Shown: one piece after another, positions 8,193-17,820 of the stretch | Layout of the letters: every line of letters begins with the position of its first letter | How positions within the stretch are numbered: position 1 is the stretch's first letter | Position numbers and translations under genes: made by a program | The notes under the pieces: generated by a model | The model's database searches: none | What the model was told of the DNA's origin: nothing | Seen by the model: only the letters and a program-made list of their open reading frames with translations | IMG/VR virus record: IMGVR_UViG_3300029998_000597 | Direction: 5' to 3' (one strand) | DNA length: 64,000 bases | From: a virus | Taxonomy: Duplodnaviria > Caudoviricetes

Positions 8193-8602
8193 TGAAAGAA
8201 ATAATAGGTGGAAATTTAGACTTAACATTTAAAATACTGGGAATTGAAGCCAGCAAAACTCACAATGGTGGTTATTACCAAGTATGGGAATTAGAAGATA
8301 TCGAATATAATAAGTTAGAAGCGTTAGATGATCAAATCTGGGAAGGCAATTGGGGCTGGTGGAGATATAGCGAAGGGTCAAATATAGGATCAGTCAATAA
8401 ACGATTTTCTATTAATGGGCACTGGATTTATGCTTGGAAAGGAGCTAATATTATTAATAAATATAGTAATTTAATTGAATATATAAACACCGAATTGGAC
8501 CTATCATCTGAAAGGAATATTTGTGCTCTAACAGTAGACTTAGCCCAACAAAACAGAGTAACTTTAAGTGAATTATTTAATAAATACCAATCAATAAATT
8601 AA
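8192..8602 (+). CDS. hypothetical protein
   Basis: TAATG coupling to the upstream gene. Confidence 0.7.
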   Translation: MKEIIGGNLDLTFKILGIEASKTHNGGYYQVWELEDIEYNKLEALDDQIWEGNWGWWRYSEGSNIGSVNKRFSINGHWIYAWKGANIINKYSNLIEYINTELDLSSERNICALTVDLAQQNRVTLSELFNKYQSIN

Positions 8603-8609
8603 ATAAAAA

Positions 8610-8996
8610 ATGAAAACAATAGAATTAGAGGATGTATCTAAATTATTAGATAAAGAATGGCTATCAGAAAATATAGAATTATTTGCTACCAATCGTTCAC
8701 CAACACATATAAAATTATTAAAAAGTAATAAATGGTACTGTTTTGATGAACAAAAATTTAATATTGAAGAATTAATATTTAATGAGGTTGAAATATATTC
8801 CTATAGAATTTGTGATAATTTAGATTATATATTTTCAAATGACGGAAATGTTATAGATAATGGGTTTCCAGTCTTTGCACCTACGATTACAGAATTAAAG
8901 ACAAAATTATTAATTGATATTAGAAATAGAATTGATGAGATTGATATTGAGAAAAAAGAGTTACTAAACAGAACTGAAGACATTTGCGAATTATGA
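8610..8996 (+). CDS. hypothetical protein
   Basis: ORF in the + run. Confidence 0.7.
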   Translation: MKTIELEDVSKLLDKEWLSENIELFATNRSPTHIKLLKSNKWYCFDEQKFNIEELIFNEVEIYSYRICDNLDYIFSNDGNVIDNGFPVFAPTITELKTKLLIDIRNRIDEIDIEKKELLNRTEDICEL

Positions 8997-9358
8997 TCGT
9001 ATATTTAGATAAAAAAGGGTTATTATCGCTAGTTAAAGGTACTGAACCACATTATGGAGCTTTCGAACACCCATTAATTAAAAAATATGGTACTTATGTT
9101 GGTGGGATTGGTGATCATTGGGAGTGGTATTTTAGTCAGCTAATTGAAGCAACTGAGGCTGAACTATATGAAATGTATACAATATGTCAAGCTGGGATGG
9201 TTAATATACAACGAGAAATAATAGAAGATGAGTTTCCGATCACAACAGAACAAATGGATAATATGCCAGAATTTAAGTTTATGGAAGATAGATTAGGTTG
9301 GGAAATGGCTACATCAATTAATAACCATGTAATGGGTAATTTATTAAAACTAAAATAA
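8984..9358 (+). CDS. hypothetical protein
   Basis: ORF in the + run. Confidence 0.65.
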   Translation: MRIMIVYLDKKGLLSLVKGTEPHYGAFEHPLIKKYGTYVGGIGDHWEWYFSQLIEATEAELYEMYTICQAGMVNIQREIIEDEFPITTEQMDNMPEFKFMEDRLGWEMATSINNHVMGNLLKLK

Positions 9359-9381
9359 AGAAGTTAAAAACAAAATTAAGA

Positions 9382-10947
9382 ATGAAATTTAAGAAATTAA
9401 CAGAAGAGGATAAGGAATATATTGCAAGTGTTTATAAGAATAAAGATCTTAGTTGGGACGATAGAATGGTTGATCTTTGTAATAAATTTTCAATTTCAGA
9501 AAGACAATTACGTAGGTGGTGTAGTGAAAAACTTGGTTTGAAAGAAAGAGTGGAAGGAACTGTTTCAACAGAACAATTAGAAGTAGCCAAAACGAAGGAA
9601 TTAAATAGCGATAAAAAATTCTTTTTAATTACAGCCGTACAAAATGCCAGTAAGATTAATTTAAGTTTTTGGAATAATTTAAAAACATACGCTGAATATT
9701 TAGATGCGCAGATACTTGTAATTCCATACACATATCATAACCCAACAAACCCATTGGTGATTAAAGAAGATGGTGATATGTGGTGGCCAAAAGAAGTTGA
9801 AGACTACTTAACATTAAATAGGCACAATATAAATGAAAATTTCTCAATACTTTCAGATGTTGTTATTTCACCAACAGCAATTATGCCATTAACCAATTTG
9901 GAAAGTATGACAGGAGAACACTCGTGTTGTGTTGCAAGCCCAAGGATACATATGAAAAGTTTGCCAGTATTTGGTGATAGGCCAAAGTTAATGTTCACAA
10001 CAGGTACTTTATCAAAACCTAATTTCACAAAAACAAAAATTGGAAAAATTTCAGAATTCCATTCAACGTATGGTGCATTATTAATTGAAAAAGATGGTAA
10101 AGAATTTTATGCGAGACAAATAACTGGAAAAGATAATGGTTCATTCAATGATTTATGGTATCACGTAGATAATGAAAATATTTCAAGAAATAAAAGTGTG
10201 CCAGCATTAATAAAAGGGGATACGCATTATCCATTTGTAGATAAAAATGTTCACAGAATGGGATTTGAAGATTTAGTACCAAAATTAAACCCAAATGAAA
10301 TATTTTTACATGATTTAATAGATTTTAGATCAATTAACCATCATGAAGCCAATAATTTCGTTAAAGTTTTTAGAAATCAGGAAGATGGATTAGGATCAGT
10401 CGAAAAAGAAATTGAAGGTGCAATGCAGTTTTTAGAAAAAATCAAACATTTAAATATTCGAATTGTAAACTCAAATCATGATCGTTTTTTAGAATCATTT
10501 ATTATTGATAGTGATATTAAAAAAGCTGGTATGAACACACTACAATATTTAGAATATGCAAAAGTCTTATTAGAAGATAAAGCACCAAAAGGACTGTTAG
10601 CTTATATTATCGAAAAAAGATTTCCAGAAATTAAATGTTTTGGTAGAGATGATAGTTATATTGTTAAAGGAGTGGAACTTGCTTGTCATGGATCTGATGG
10701 GATTGGAGGTTCACGAGGCAACGCCAAACAATTTAAATCGCTAAATATAAAGGTTATTACAGCACATGGACATAATGCACTTAGATATGATGGTAGTGCC
10801 CAGGTGGGGTGTAATTGTGATAAACGATTAGGATATAACCACTCAGCAAGCGCTTGGGTTCATAGTGATATTATTTTACATAACGATGGAAAATTTCAAC
10901 ATATTTTTTATTTGGGACCAAATTCTGAATATACAATATTAAAATAA
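9382..10947 (+). CDS. calcineurin-like metallophosphoesterase with N-terminal HTH-like region
   Basis: GDTH, HDLID, SNHD, CHG, AHGH metal motifs. Confidence 0.7.
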   Translation: MKFKKLTEEDKEYIASVYKNKDLSWDDRMVDLCNKFSISERQLRRWCSEKLGLKERVEGTVSTEQLEVAKTKELNSDKKFFLITAVQNASKINLSFWNNLKTYAEYLDAQILVIPYTYHNPTNPLVIKEDGDMWWPKEVEDYLTLNRHNINENFSILSDVVISPTAIMPLTNLESMTGEHSCCVASPRIHMKSLPVFGDRPKLMFTTGTLSKPNFTKTKIGKISEFHSTYGALLIEKDGKEFYARQITGKDNGSFNDLWYHVDNENISRNKSVPALIKGDTHYPFVDKNVHRMGFEDLVPKLNPNEIFLHDLIDFRSINHHEANNFVKVFRNQEDGLGSVEKEIEGAMQFLEKIKHLNIRIVNSNHDRFLESFIIDSDIKKAGMNTLQYLEYAKVLLEDKAPKGLLAYIIEKRFPEIKCFGRDDSYIVKGVELACHGSDGIGGSRGNAKQFKSLNIKVITAHGHNALRYDGSAQVGCNCDKRLGYNHSASAWVHSDIILHNDGKFQHIFYLGPNSEYTILK

Positions 10948-10955
10948 TTTAAAAT

Positions 10956-10987
10956 AAAAAAAGGAGAACTAAACACTCTCCTTTTTT
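10956..10987. terminator. bidirectional terminator
   Basis: A7-GGAGA...TCTCC-T6 between convergent genes. Confidence 0.75.
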
Positions 10988-12072
10988 ATTATACCAAATT
11001 CAAACAACTTTTCTTCTATATTTTCATCAAATTTAATGATAAGTAAAGGTATTTTGTTATCCTTACAGTAATTAATTTTTATTTTATCTCTTATTTGTTG
11101 AGATTCAAATCCTTTACTACCATTAAATATTAATACTGGTATATAATGTTGTTCTCCATTATATTCAATACAAGTATTTAACGATGGTATATAAAAATCA
11201 AATGGTAACGGATTAATATTTCGACAATCGCTAAATCTATACTCTAAAATATATTCAATATTTTCTTTATCAAGCAAATTTTTAATTTCTATTGCGTTTC
11301 TCGAAAACTTACATTTTGGACACCCCTTACCAGAAAGATGTCCATGTGGTGTTTGCATAAACATACCATGACTTTCATTTGGGCAAATAATTGGTATTTT
11401 TATCTTTGCATTTGTGTAATTAACTAAGGTGTAATCATATCTATAATTATGTTTCAAATTTGCTTTTTCAATAAACTCTTCAGTTGTATAGTTATTAGTT
11501 CCAGCACATTCAATACAGCCATATTTTAAATGATTACTTGGAGTCTGACTAAACATACCGTGTTCTGGACAAATAATATTAACTTTTTCTTTGTTATTCT
11601 TATAATTGGTTAAAGAATAATCGTATTTAAAATTATGCTTAATATTTGATTCAAAAATGAATTGTTCTGTCGTTTTTCTAATATTTCCCCCACAAACTGG
11701 ACATCCCTTACCAGAAAGATGGTCAAGTGGTCTCTGTGAAAAAATACCATGACTAATTATAGGACAACAAATGTTAAGTTTAGTCTCAGAATCAATATAA
11801 ATTGTTGGAGAATAATCATATTTATAATTATGCTTAATATTAGATATTTCTATAAACTCTTCTGTCGTTCTATAATATCCCAAGCATCTTGGACATCCAG
11901 AACCCTTGTTAATATGTAAGTAAGGCTTTTGCTCAAATATTCCATGTTTTGGGCAAATTATTTTTACTGGCGTATCGCAATTTAAATATTCAACTAAAGA
12001 ATAATCATATTTATTTCCGTGTTTAAGTTTTGCTTTTATAATAAAATCACTTATATTTGAAGCTTTTCCCAT
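10969..12072 (-). CDS. CPxHG zinc-repeat homing-type endonuclease, PD-(D/E)xK (DUF559/Vsr-like) C-terminus
   Basis: 4 repeats KYDYS..Y...IICP.HG.F.Q.P..HL.G.GCP.C; LPFDFYIP...IEYNGEQHY. Confidence 0.75.
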   Translation of the reverse strand: MGKASNISDFIIKAKLKHGNKYDYSLVEYLNCDTPVKIICPKHGIFEQKPYLHINKGSGCPRCLGYYRTTEEFIEISNIKHNYKYDYSPTIYIDSETKLNICCPIISHGIFSQRPLDHLSGKGCPVCGGNIRKTTEQFIFESNIKHNFKYDYSLTNYKNNKEKVNIICPEHGMFSQTPSNHLKYGCIECAGTNNYTTEEFIEKANLKHNYRYDYTLVNYTNAKIKIPIICPNESHGMFMQTPHGHLSGKGCPKCKFSRNAIEIKNLLDKENIEYILEYRFSDCRNINPLPFDFYIPSLNTCIEYNGEQHYIPVLIFNGSKGFESQQIRDKIKINYCKDNKIPLLIIKFDENIEEKLFEFGIIKKESV

Positions 12073-12081
12073 CCTTTAAAC

Positions 12082-12222
12082 CTATTTACTTTTTTCTATT
12101 TCTTTAACCAAATAATTTCTAATATTTTGGCTTAGATTAACGCCATTTTCCTTACACCATTTACGGATTGAAAGATATAGCTCTTCATCAATTCTAACTA
12201 AAATTGTTTTTTCTTTATTCAT
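12082..12222 (-). CDS. ribbon-helix-helix protein, 46 aa (not in ORF track)
   Basis: MNKEKTILVRIDEELYLSIRKWCKENGVNLSQNIRNYLVKEIEKSK: alternating strand, helix-G-helix. Confidence 0.7.
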   Translation of the reverse strand: MNKEKTILVRIDEELYLSIRKWCKENGVNLSQNIRNYLVKEIEKSK

Positions 12223-12239
12223 TTGTTTTTATTGTTTAT

Positions 12240-12247
12240 TATAAATA
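12240..12247 (-). promoter_or_regulatory. TATTTATA putative late motif
   Basis: 17 nt upstream of the RHH start. Confidence 0.55.
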
Positions 12248-12329
12248 TATACAATTTTAGTTTTTGACCAGTTTTTAAAAAATTATTTTCATTTATTTTT
12301 TATTTAATATAATTTAACACAAGTAAAAC

Positions 12330-12360
12330 TTGTTTTTTATAAATATTATTCGTATATTTG
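12330..12360 (+). promoter_or_regulatory. TTG-N20-TAnnTTTG promoter
   Basis: TTG 12330, TATATTTG 12353-12360. Confidence 0.85.
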
Positions 12361-12388
12361 TTTTGAAAGATTAAAATTATTTATAACT

Positions 12389-12781
12389 ATGGAAAAATTA
12401 GAAGAAGTCATTGGTTTAGAGCAATATAATAGATTGAATAAAGGTATTCAAAATTTATTAAATATTAAAACAGAAAATTATAATTCCGTCCTATTATCCC
12501 TTGATAATAAAGAATCTGATACAGTATATTTTGTTAATCACGATTCATTCCCATCCTTTGAGCTGGACATTGAAACAAAACAAATAACAGATGAGACAAT
12601 TGGTTATTTTCCAACAGGTTTAGGTTATTATAACCCTATCAAAATATTCAGCCCAATAGCTACCAATGAAAATTTTGAAAGATTATTAATGGTTTCAAAT
12701 GAATATATTTTCGAATTAACAGATGTGTTAATTTCAAAAGAAAATAAAAACCTAACATTTTCATCATCAAAAATTTTATAA
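12389..12781 (+). CDS. hypothetical protein
   Basis: ORF after the promoter. Confidence 0.7.
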   Translation: MEKLEEVIGLEQYNRLNKGIQNLLNIKTENYNSVLLSLDNKESDTVYFVNHDSFPSFELDIETKQITDETIGYFPTGLGYYNPIKIFSPIATNENFERLLMVSNEYIFELTDVLISKENKNLTFSSSKIL

Positions 12782-13050
12782 TGAAAACATTCAATAAAGA
12801 GACAGTTATATTAGTCATTTATGTTGATATCAGTATGCTTGATGCTTTTGATATTCCAGAATATATGGGCTCCGTTTTAAAATATACGAAATTGGGTGGT
12901 AATATCATTCAACACATCATACCAATTTATGGTGAATCCCGTATAGAGTGTGTTTATCCTAAATTTATAGTTTCAGAAGATGAATTTAATAGAGTAAACG
13001 ATGAAATCAAATTAATTGAAGAAAATTTATTAAACATAATAAAAAAATAG
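12781..13050 (+). CDS. hypothetical protein
   Basis: TAATG coupling. Confidence 0.7.
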   Translation: MKTFNKETVILVIYVDISMLDAFDIPEYMGSVLKYTKLGGNIIQHIIPIYGESRIECVYPKFIVSEDEFNRVNDEIKLIEENLLNIIKK

Positions 13051-13083
13051 TTCCGAACAAATAAATAATTAAAAAAATTACAA

Positions 13084-13488
13084 ATGAAAGATTTAGAAAA
13101 GATTTTTGGCTCAGAACGATTTGGGATTATTAAAAATTTAGTTATCAACCCATTGGAGGTTACAATTTTTAATTCGGTTATTTTCAAAAAAGATGAAAAT
13201 GATAATAATCCAATTTATATTACACACACGAATTTACCAGCCATCATTGAAGATGAGAGTGAATTAATTTCGCCATTATCGATAGAGGAAGCTGAAGATA
13301 GTTATATTATTGGTGATTACCTCTGGGACCCAATTGACTACAGTAGTATTATCTTTTCAAATTTAATACCAACTGATGTGTTAGGTGATATTATTCTTTT
13401 AACAAAAAAACAAGTATTCGAATTAACAAATGTGTCGTTGGATGATGATAGGTTATTTTACGATGAAGCTATTGAATTAAACAATTAA
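13084..13488 (+). CDS. hypothetical protein
   Basis: ORF in the + run. Confidence 0.7.
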   Translation: MKDLEKIFGSERFGIIKNLVINPLEVTIFNSVIFKKDENDNNPIYITHTNLPAIIEDESELISPLSIEEAEDSYIIGDYLWDPIDYSSIIFSNLIPTDVLGDIILLTKKQVFELTNVSLDDDRLFYDEAIELNN

Positions 13489-13507
13489 ATAATAAATAAA
13501 TACAAAT

Positions 13508-13825
13508 ATGGAAAAAGATTTTGATAGACAAAAAGTACGTACAAAAAATGAGCCTAATTTAGAACTTGCGGATAATACCTTATTGGGGGATTTCATTTGT
13601 AAACTATCAACGGCTGTAAATAAAAATTGTAGTCTATCCACAGACATAGAAGGCATTGTCGGCCTAATTGCCCCAATGGATGAGAGTGAAATAACAATAC
13701 ATGATAAAATTGATGATTATTATGTCATAAATAGATTAAATGATTTATTATTTATTATTGAATCAGCGAATAGAACACTTGATAACACATTAAATACATT
13801 ACATAAGATAGTACCAAACAAATAA
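13508..13825 (+). CDS. hypothetical protein
   Basis: ORF in the + run. Confidence 0.7.
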   Translation: MEKDFDRQKVRTKNEPNLELADNTLLGDFICKLSTAVNKNCSLSTDIEGIVGLIAPMDESEITIHDKIDDYYVINRLNDLLFIIESANRTLDNTLNTLHKIVPNK

Positions 13826-13837
13826 ATATATAGTAAA

Positions 13838-14131
13838 ATGAGTTTAAACCCAAATTATATTTATACAACCACAAAATCGAAATCCACAAGTGAATTATTT
13901 GAAATTAATGTACCAGAAGGAAAGCAAATTATTAAAACCGAATTGGAAGATGGGTTGTTAATTACATTTGAAGATATTATTAATAAAAAAGATAGTGAAT
14001 ATATAACTTTTGGAAATGGTAGAATGTATACTAGAGTTTTCTGGAAAAAAGCGCTTGAAGAATATATAATAAAATTAAAAAATAACCCTAATTATGGGCC
14101 AGTGTATCATGTGAGTGGAACATTTCTATAA
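13838..14131 (+). CDS. hypothetical protein
   Basis: ORF in the + run. Confidence 0.7.
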   Translation: MSLNPNYIYTTTKSKSTSELFEINVPEGKQIIKTELEDGLLITFEDIINKKDSEYITFGNGRMYTRVFWKKALEEYIIKLKNNPNYGPVYHVSGTFL

Positions 14132-14152
14132 TTAATGATTACTAATAAAACT

Positions 14153-14191
14153 AATAATAGCTCATAAAAATAAATCTTATGAGCTATTATT
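14153..14191. terminator. bidirectional terminator hairpin
   Basis: Perfect 15-bp stem AATAATAGCTCATAA/TTATGAGCTATTATT. Confidence 0.8.
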
Positions 14192-14216
14192 ATTTTAATA
14201 TTTAATTCCAGGATGG

Positions 14217-14555
14217 TTAAACCCCTAAAACGGCAGCAATTTTATTGATTTCTTCATCAGAGAATTTATAAACGCCTGTACCATCCTGTGTTTTTTTCTG
14301 GTGTAACTGCTTAAATGCGTGAGATCTCTTTGCATCATCATCAGATTTAAATCCAAGAGCGTTAGACATTACTTGCGTCGCGTTGATTGTATCGTTCTCT
14401 AAAGCTTTTTGAATTGATTTATATTTCTTTTCGTAGTCCTTTGAAACTTCAACATTATCGTTACCTCTTTTTTTCTCATCTTCAGTAATAGCCTGTTTAA
14501 CTAATTTAGTAATTTTAGCTTCCAATAATTTAAGTAATTCTGGGTTAGTACTCAT
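14217..14555 (-). CDS. hypothetical protein, putatively late/virion-associated
   Basis: Counter-oriented; TATTTATA at 14572-14579; N-terminus LLEAKITKLVKQAITE. Confidence 0.7.
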   Translation of the reverse strand: MSTNPELLKLLEAKITKLVKQAITEDEKKRGNDNVEVSKDYEKKYKSIQKALENDTINATQVMSNALGFKSDDDAKRSHAFKQLHQKKTQDGTGVYKFSDEEINKIAAVLGV

Positions 14556-14669
14556 ATGTTTAGTATTTTAATATAAATAGTTTAATTATTAAAAAAAATA
14601 AATAATTGTATGAAATATTTTTAGTTCAGCATTCAGGTTAAATAAAATCGTTATTTTTATGTTTAGAAC

Positions 14670-14700
14670 TTGCTTTTCTCACATTTTATCGGTACATTTG
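14670..14700 (+). promoter_or_regulatory. TTG-N20-TAnnTTTG promoter
   Basis: TTG 14670, TACATTTG 14693-14700. Confidence 0.85.
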
Positions 14701-14723
14701 TTTTGAGACGATTAAAATAAATA

Positions 14724-15146
14724 ATGGAAAAATTTGAAATGGTTCAATTCCCAATAATAAAGAAAATATCAGCAAAATTATTATCAGATGAAATCACATC
14801 TTTAAAACCAATGTCACTTGAAGAAGCAGCCAAAGGAAGAGAAATTAAACAATATGATAATAGTTATAATAGTATAGACGAAATAAAAGATTTTATTATC
14901 AAAAAAGTTGTTGAATATAAAGGGTTAAATATAGATTGGGTAGACTACAAAACATATCATTCATTACCTTTTAATTTAGATAAGAATATTTATTATATTG
15001 ATAGGATTGGTAGCCTGGGTATTACTTGTTATAAACCAACAGAACACATTTTAGACCACCCCTATGGTATTGAGATTTGTACTTTAGACCCAAGAATCTG
15101 GAGTGAAGATGATATTAAAAAGGTGATCACAGAATTAAAAAATTAA
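14724..15146 (+). CDS. hypothetical protein
   Basis: ORF after the promoter. Confidence 0.7.
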   Translation: MEKFEMVQFPIIKKISAKLLSDEITSLKPMSLEEAAKGREIKQYDNSYNSIDEIKDFIIKKVVEYKGLNIDWVDYKTYHSLPFNLDKNIYYIDRIGSLGITCYKPTEHILDHPYGIEICTLDPRIWSEDDIKKVITELKN

Positions 15147-15149
15147 ATA

Positions 15150-17630
15150 ATGGAAGAAAATAAATATACAACTGAATTAAAAAAAGTATTGGCATTAGTA
15201 ACTAAAGATTTAGTTGAAGACTTTCCTACCAAAAAGATAACCATTGAATATTTTATGCTGGCGATTTTGCAATCAAAACAATCAATAGCATATAAAATGT
15301 TGATAAAATTTTTAGCAAAAGATGATATAAATGATTTGTTAGTTTATTTTTCTGAATTATTAAAAGAATTATCTGCGACCACTTTTAAGCCGAAAGTATT
15401 AAATAATATTGAAAAATCAATAGGATTCGATTTAGTTTTTAGTAATTGTTTAATAGCTGCTAATACAGAAAAAGAAAAATTAAACGATATTAAGATAGGG
15501 TCTGAACACGTATTATTATCAATACTTTCAAATGTTAAAGATATATCAAAACTAACTCACGTTGGTCTAAAATATGATAACCTATTCAATACCATTAATA
15601 CTATAAAACAAGGTGAAATAGCCAAATTTGACGAACAAAATGAAAATACAAACCAAAGCTATGTAGAAACAATACAAGGCCAGAAAAATAAACCATCTGG
15701 TAAAGCAAATATGATTAAATTGTATTGTACTAATTTAAATACATTAGCAAAACAAGGTAAAATAGATCAAATAGTTGGTAGAGAAGTTGAAATTAATCGT
15801 TTAATAAAAATTCTTGGTAGAAGAAATAAAAATAACATAATTTTAGTTGGTGATGGGGGTGTTGGCAAGAGTGCTATAATTTACGGCTTGGCTAATATGA
15901 TAGAAGAGGGTAAGGGTATGTTTCTTAATGGGAAAGAAATTTTATCTTTAGACTTATCATCTTTAATAGCTGGTACTTCATTCAGAGGGATGCTCGAAGA
16001 GAGATTGAATGGTGTTATAAATGAAATAAAAGCCAATAAAAATTATATGTTATTTATCGATGATATTCATTCTGTATTATCATCAAATTCCAATAATGCG
16101 TCTGATATTGGTGGTATATTATCAAAGGCCATGATAGATGGTGATATTCAATTAATAGCAACGACATCCTTTAAAGGATATAAAAATTCGATAGAGAACG
16201 AACCATCTTTAAACAGAAAATTTCAAAAAAGCGTTATTACTTCAACAACAATTGAACAAACAGAGAAGATATTATTTAATTCAAAAAAATACTATGAAAA
16301 GTATCATAATGTAAGCTATACGGACGAAGCCATTAGAGCTTGTGTAACGCTTGCAAATAAATATATCACAGAAAGGCACCTTCCAGACTCAGCAATTGAT
16401 ATAATGGACGAATGCGGCTCAGAAAAAAAGGTTTCTAACCTATACAATGAATCGGAACTTTTTGAATTAAAGAAAGAGCTTGAATTAAATAAGTTAAACG
16501 TCAAAGAAGCATACTCAGAAAATAATTTTGATATTGGTGATGGTTATAATTTAATATGTATTGAAATAGAAGGTAAGATAGTAGATTTAGAAAAAAATAA
16601 AAAATCACAATCTAAGAATAATATTAAAGAAATTACTGAAATCGATGTGTTTAATATTGTATCTGAAATGACAGGTGTCCCAATTAATAGGTTGACTACT
16701 TCGGAGAAGGAACGTTATTTAAACATTGAAAACAAATTAGGTGAAAGTATAATCGGCCAATCGGAAGCGATTAAAAAGGTTGCTCAATCCATGAAAAGAA
16801 GCCGAATGGGACTTGGTAGAAAAAATAAGCCTAATGGAGTTTTTATGTTTGTTGGGGAATCTGGGTGTGGAAAAACTTTTTTAGCTAAAAAATTAGCTGA
16901 AGAAATATTTGGTAGTGAAGATGCTTTAGTTAGATTTGATATGAGCGAATACTCTGACCAAACAGCTGTAAATAAGATGGTTGGAACTGGAAGTGGATTC
17001 GTTGGGTATGATCAAGGTGGTTTATTAACGGAAGCCATTAAAAACAAGCCATATTGTGTATTATTACTGGATGAAATTGAAAAGGCTCATAATGATGTTT
17101 ATAATATATTTTTACAGATTTTTGATGAAAGTTTTGCTACCGATAATACAGGTGTTCGTGTTTCATTTAAAAATGTTATTATTATTATGACATCGAACGT
17201 TGGCGCAAAAGATGCGGCTTCATTAGGTCGCGGAACTGGTTTTCAAATAAATGTGGAAGATAATAAAAAGAATATAATTGAAAAAGCCCTCAAAGGTAAG
17301 TTTCCGCCAGAATTCATTAGTAGACTTAATGACGTTATTTATTTCAACTCATTAACCGAAGACAACTTAAAATCAATTATCGAGTTAGAATTGAGTAAAT
17401 TAAAAAAACGTTTGAATGAGATTAATTTTGATGTTGAATTTGGAGATGATGTTACGGACTATTTATTTAAAACAATCGGTTCAGATAAAAACAGTGGTGC
17501 ACGAAAGATCAATAGGGCCATTGAAAATGAAATTGAAAATGTTATTTGTGATATATACTTGGAAAATGAATTAGAAAATGGATATATATTTAATGTGAAT
17601 ATAAATAATAATAAAATCGAAATTAAATGA
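15150..17630 (+). CDS. clpC: ClpC/ClpB-family AAA+ chaperone
   Basis: Clp_N region, GDGGVGKS, RHLPDSAID, GESGCGKT, RFDMSEY, LLDEIEKAH, GARK. Confidence 0.9.
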   Translation: MEENKYTTELKKVLALVTKDLVEDFPTKKITIEYFMLAILQSKQSIAYKMLIKFLAKDDINDLLVYFSELLKELSATTFKPKVLNNIEKSIGFDLVFSNCLIAANTEKEKLNDIKIGSEHVLLSILSNVKDISKLTHVGLKYDNLFNTINTIKQGEIAKFDEQNENTNQSYVETIQGQKNKPSGKANMIKLYCTNLNTLAKQGKIDQIVGREVEINRLIKILGRRNKNNIILVGDGGVGKSAIIYGLANMIEEGKGMFLNGKEILSLDLSSLIAGTSFRGMLEERLNGVINEIKANKNYMLFIDDIHSVLSSNSNNASDIGGILSKAMIDGDIQLIATTSFKGYKNSIENEPSLNRKFQKSVITSTTIEQTEKILFNSKKYYEKYHNVSYTDEAIRACVTLANKYITERHLPDSAIDIMDECGSEKKVSNLYNESELFELKKELELNKLNVKEAYSENNFDIGDGYNLICIEIEGKIVDLEKNKKSQSKNNIKEITEIDVFNIVSEMTGVPINRLTTSEKERYLNIENKLGESIIGQSEAIKKVAQSMKRSRMGLGRKNKPNGVFMFVGESGCGKTFLAKKLAEEIFGSEDALVRFDMSEYSDQTAVNKMVGTGSGFVGYDQGGLLTEAIKNKPYCVLLLDEIEKAHNDVYNIFLQIFDESFATDNTGVRVSFKNVIIIMTSNVGAKDAASLGRGTGFQINVEDNKKNIIEKALKGKFPPEFISRLNDVIYFNSLTEDNLKSIIELELSKLKKRLNEINFDVEFGDDVTDYLFKTIGSDKNSGARKINRAIENEIENVICDIYLENELENGYIFNVNINNNKIEIK

Positions 17631-17815
17631 AAAACGAAAAAATTATTGCTGGAGTTTTGACTTCTGAAGAATATTGTAAATATCTTGAAGAAAGTAGACA
17701 TTTAATCCTCGTAGAAATTGATAACCTGTCAGAAAGTGGTGAGATAACATAAGAGTTAAGGCATAAAATATTGAATAAAGCTGGAAAATACAAAATAAAA
17801 ATTTTTGGTGAATAA
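17627..17815 (+). pseudogene. small ORF with in-frame TAA at 17750-17752
   Basis: Frame continues ELRHKILNKAGKYKIKIFGE to a stop overlapping the next GTG. Confidence 0.4.
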
Positions 17816-17820
17816 AATTA

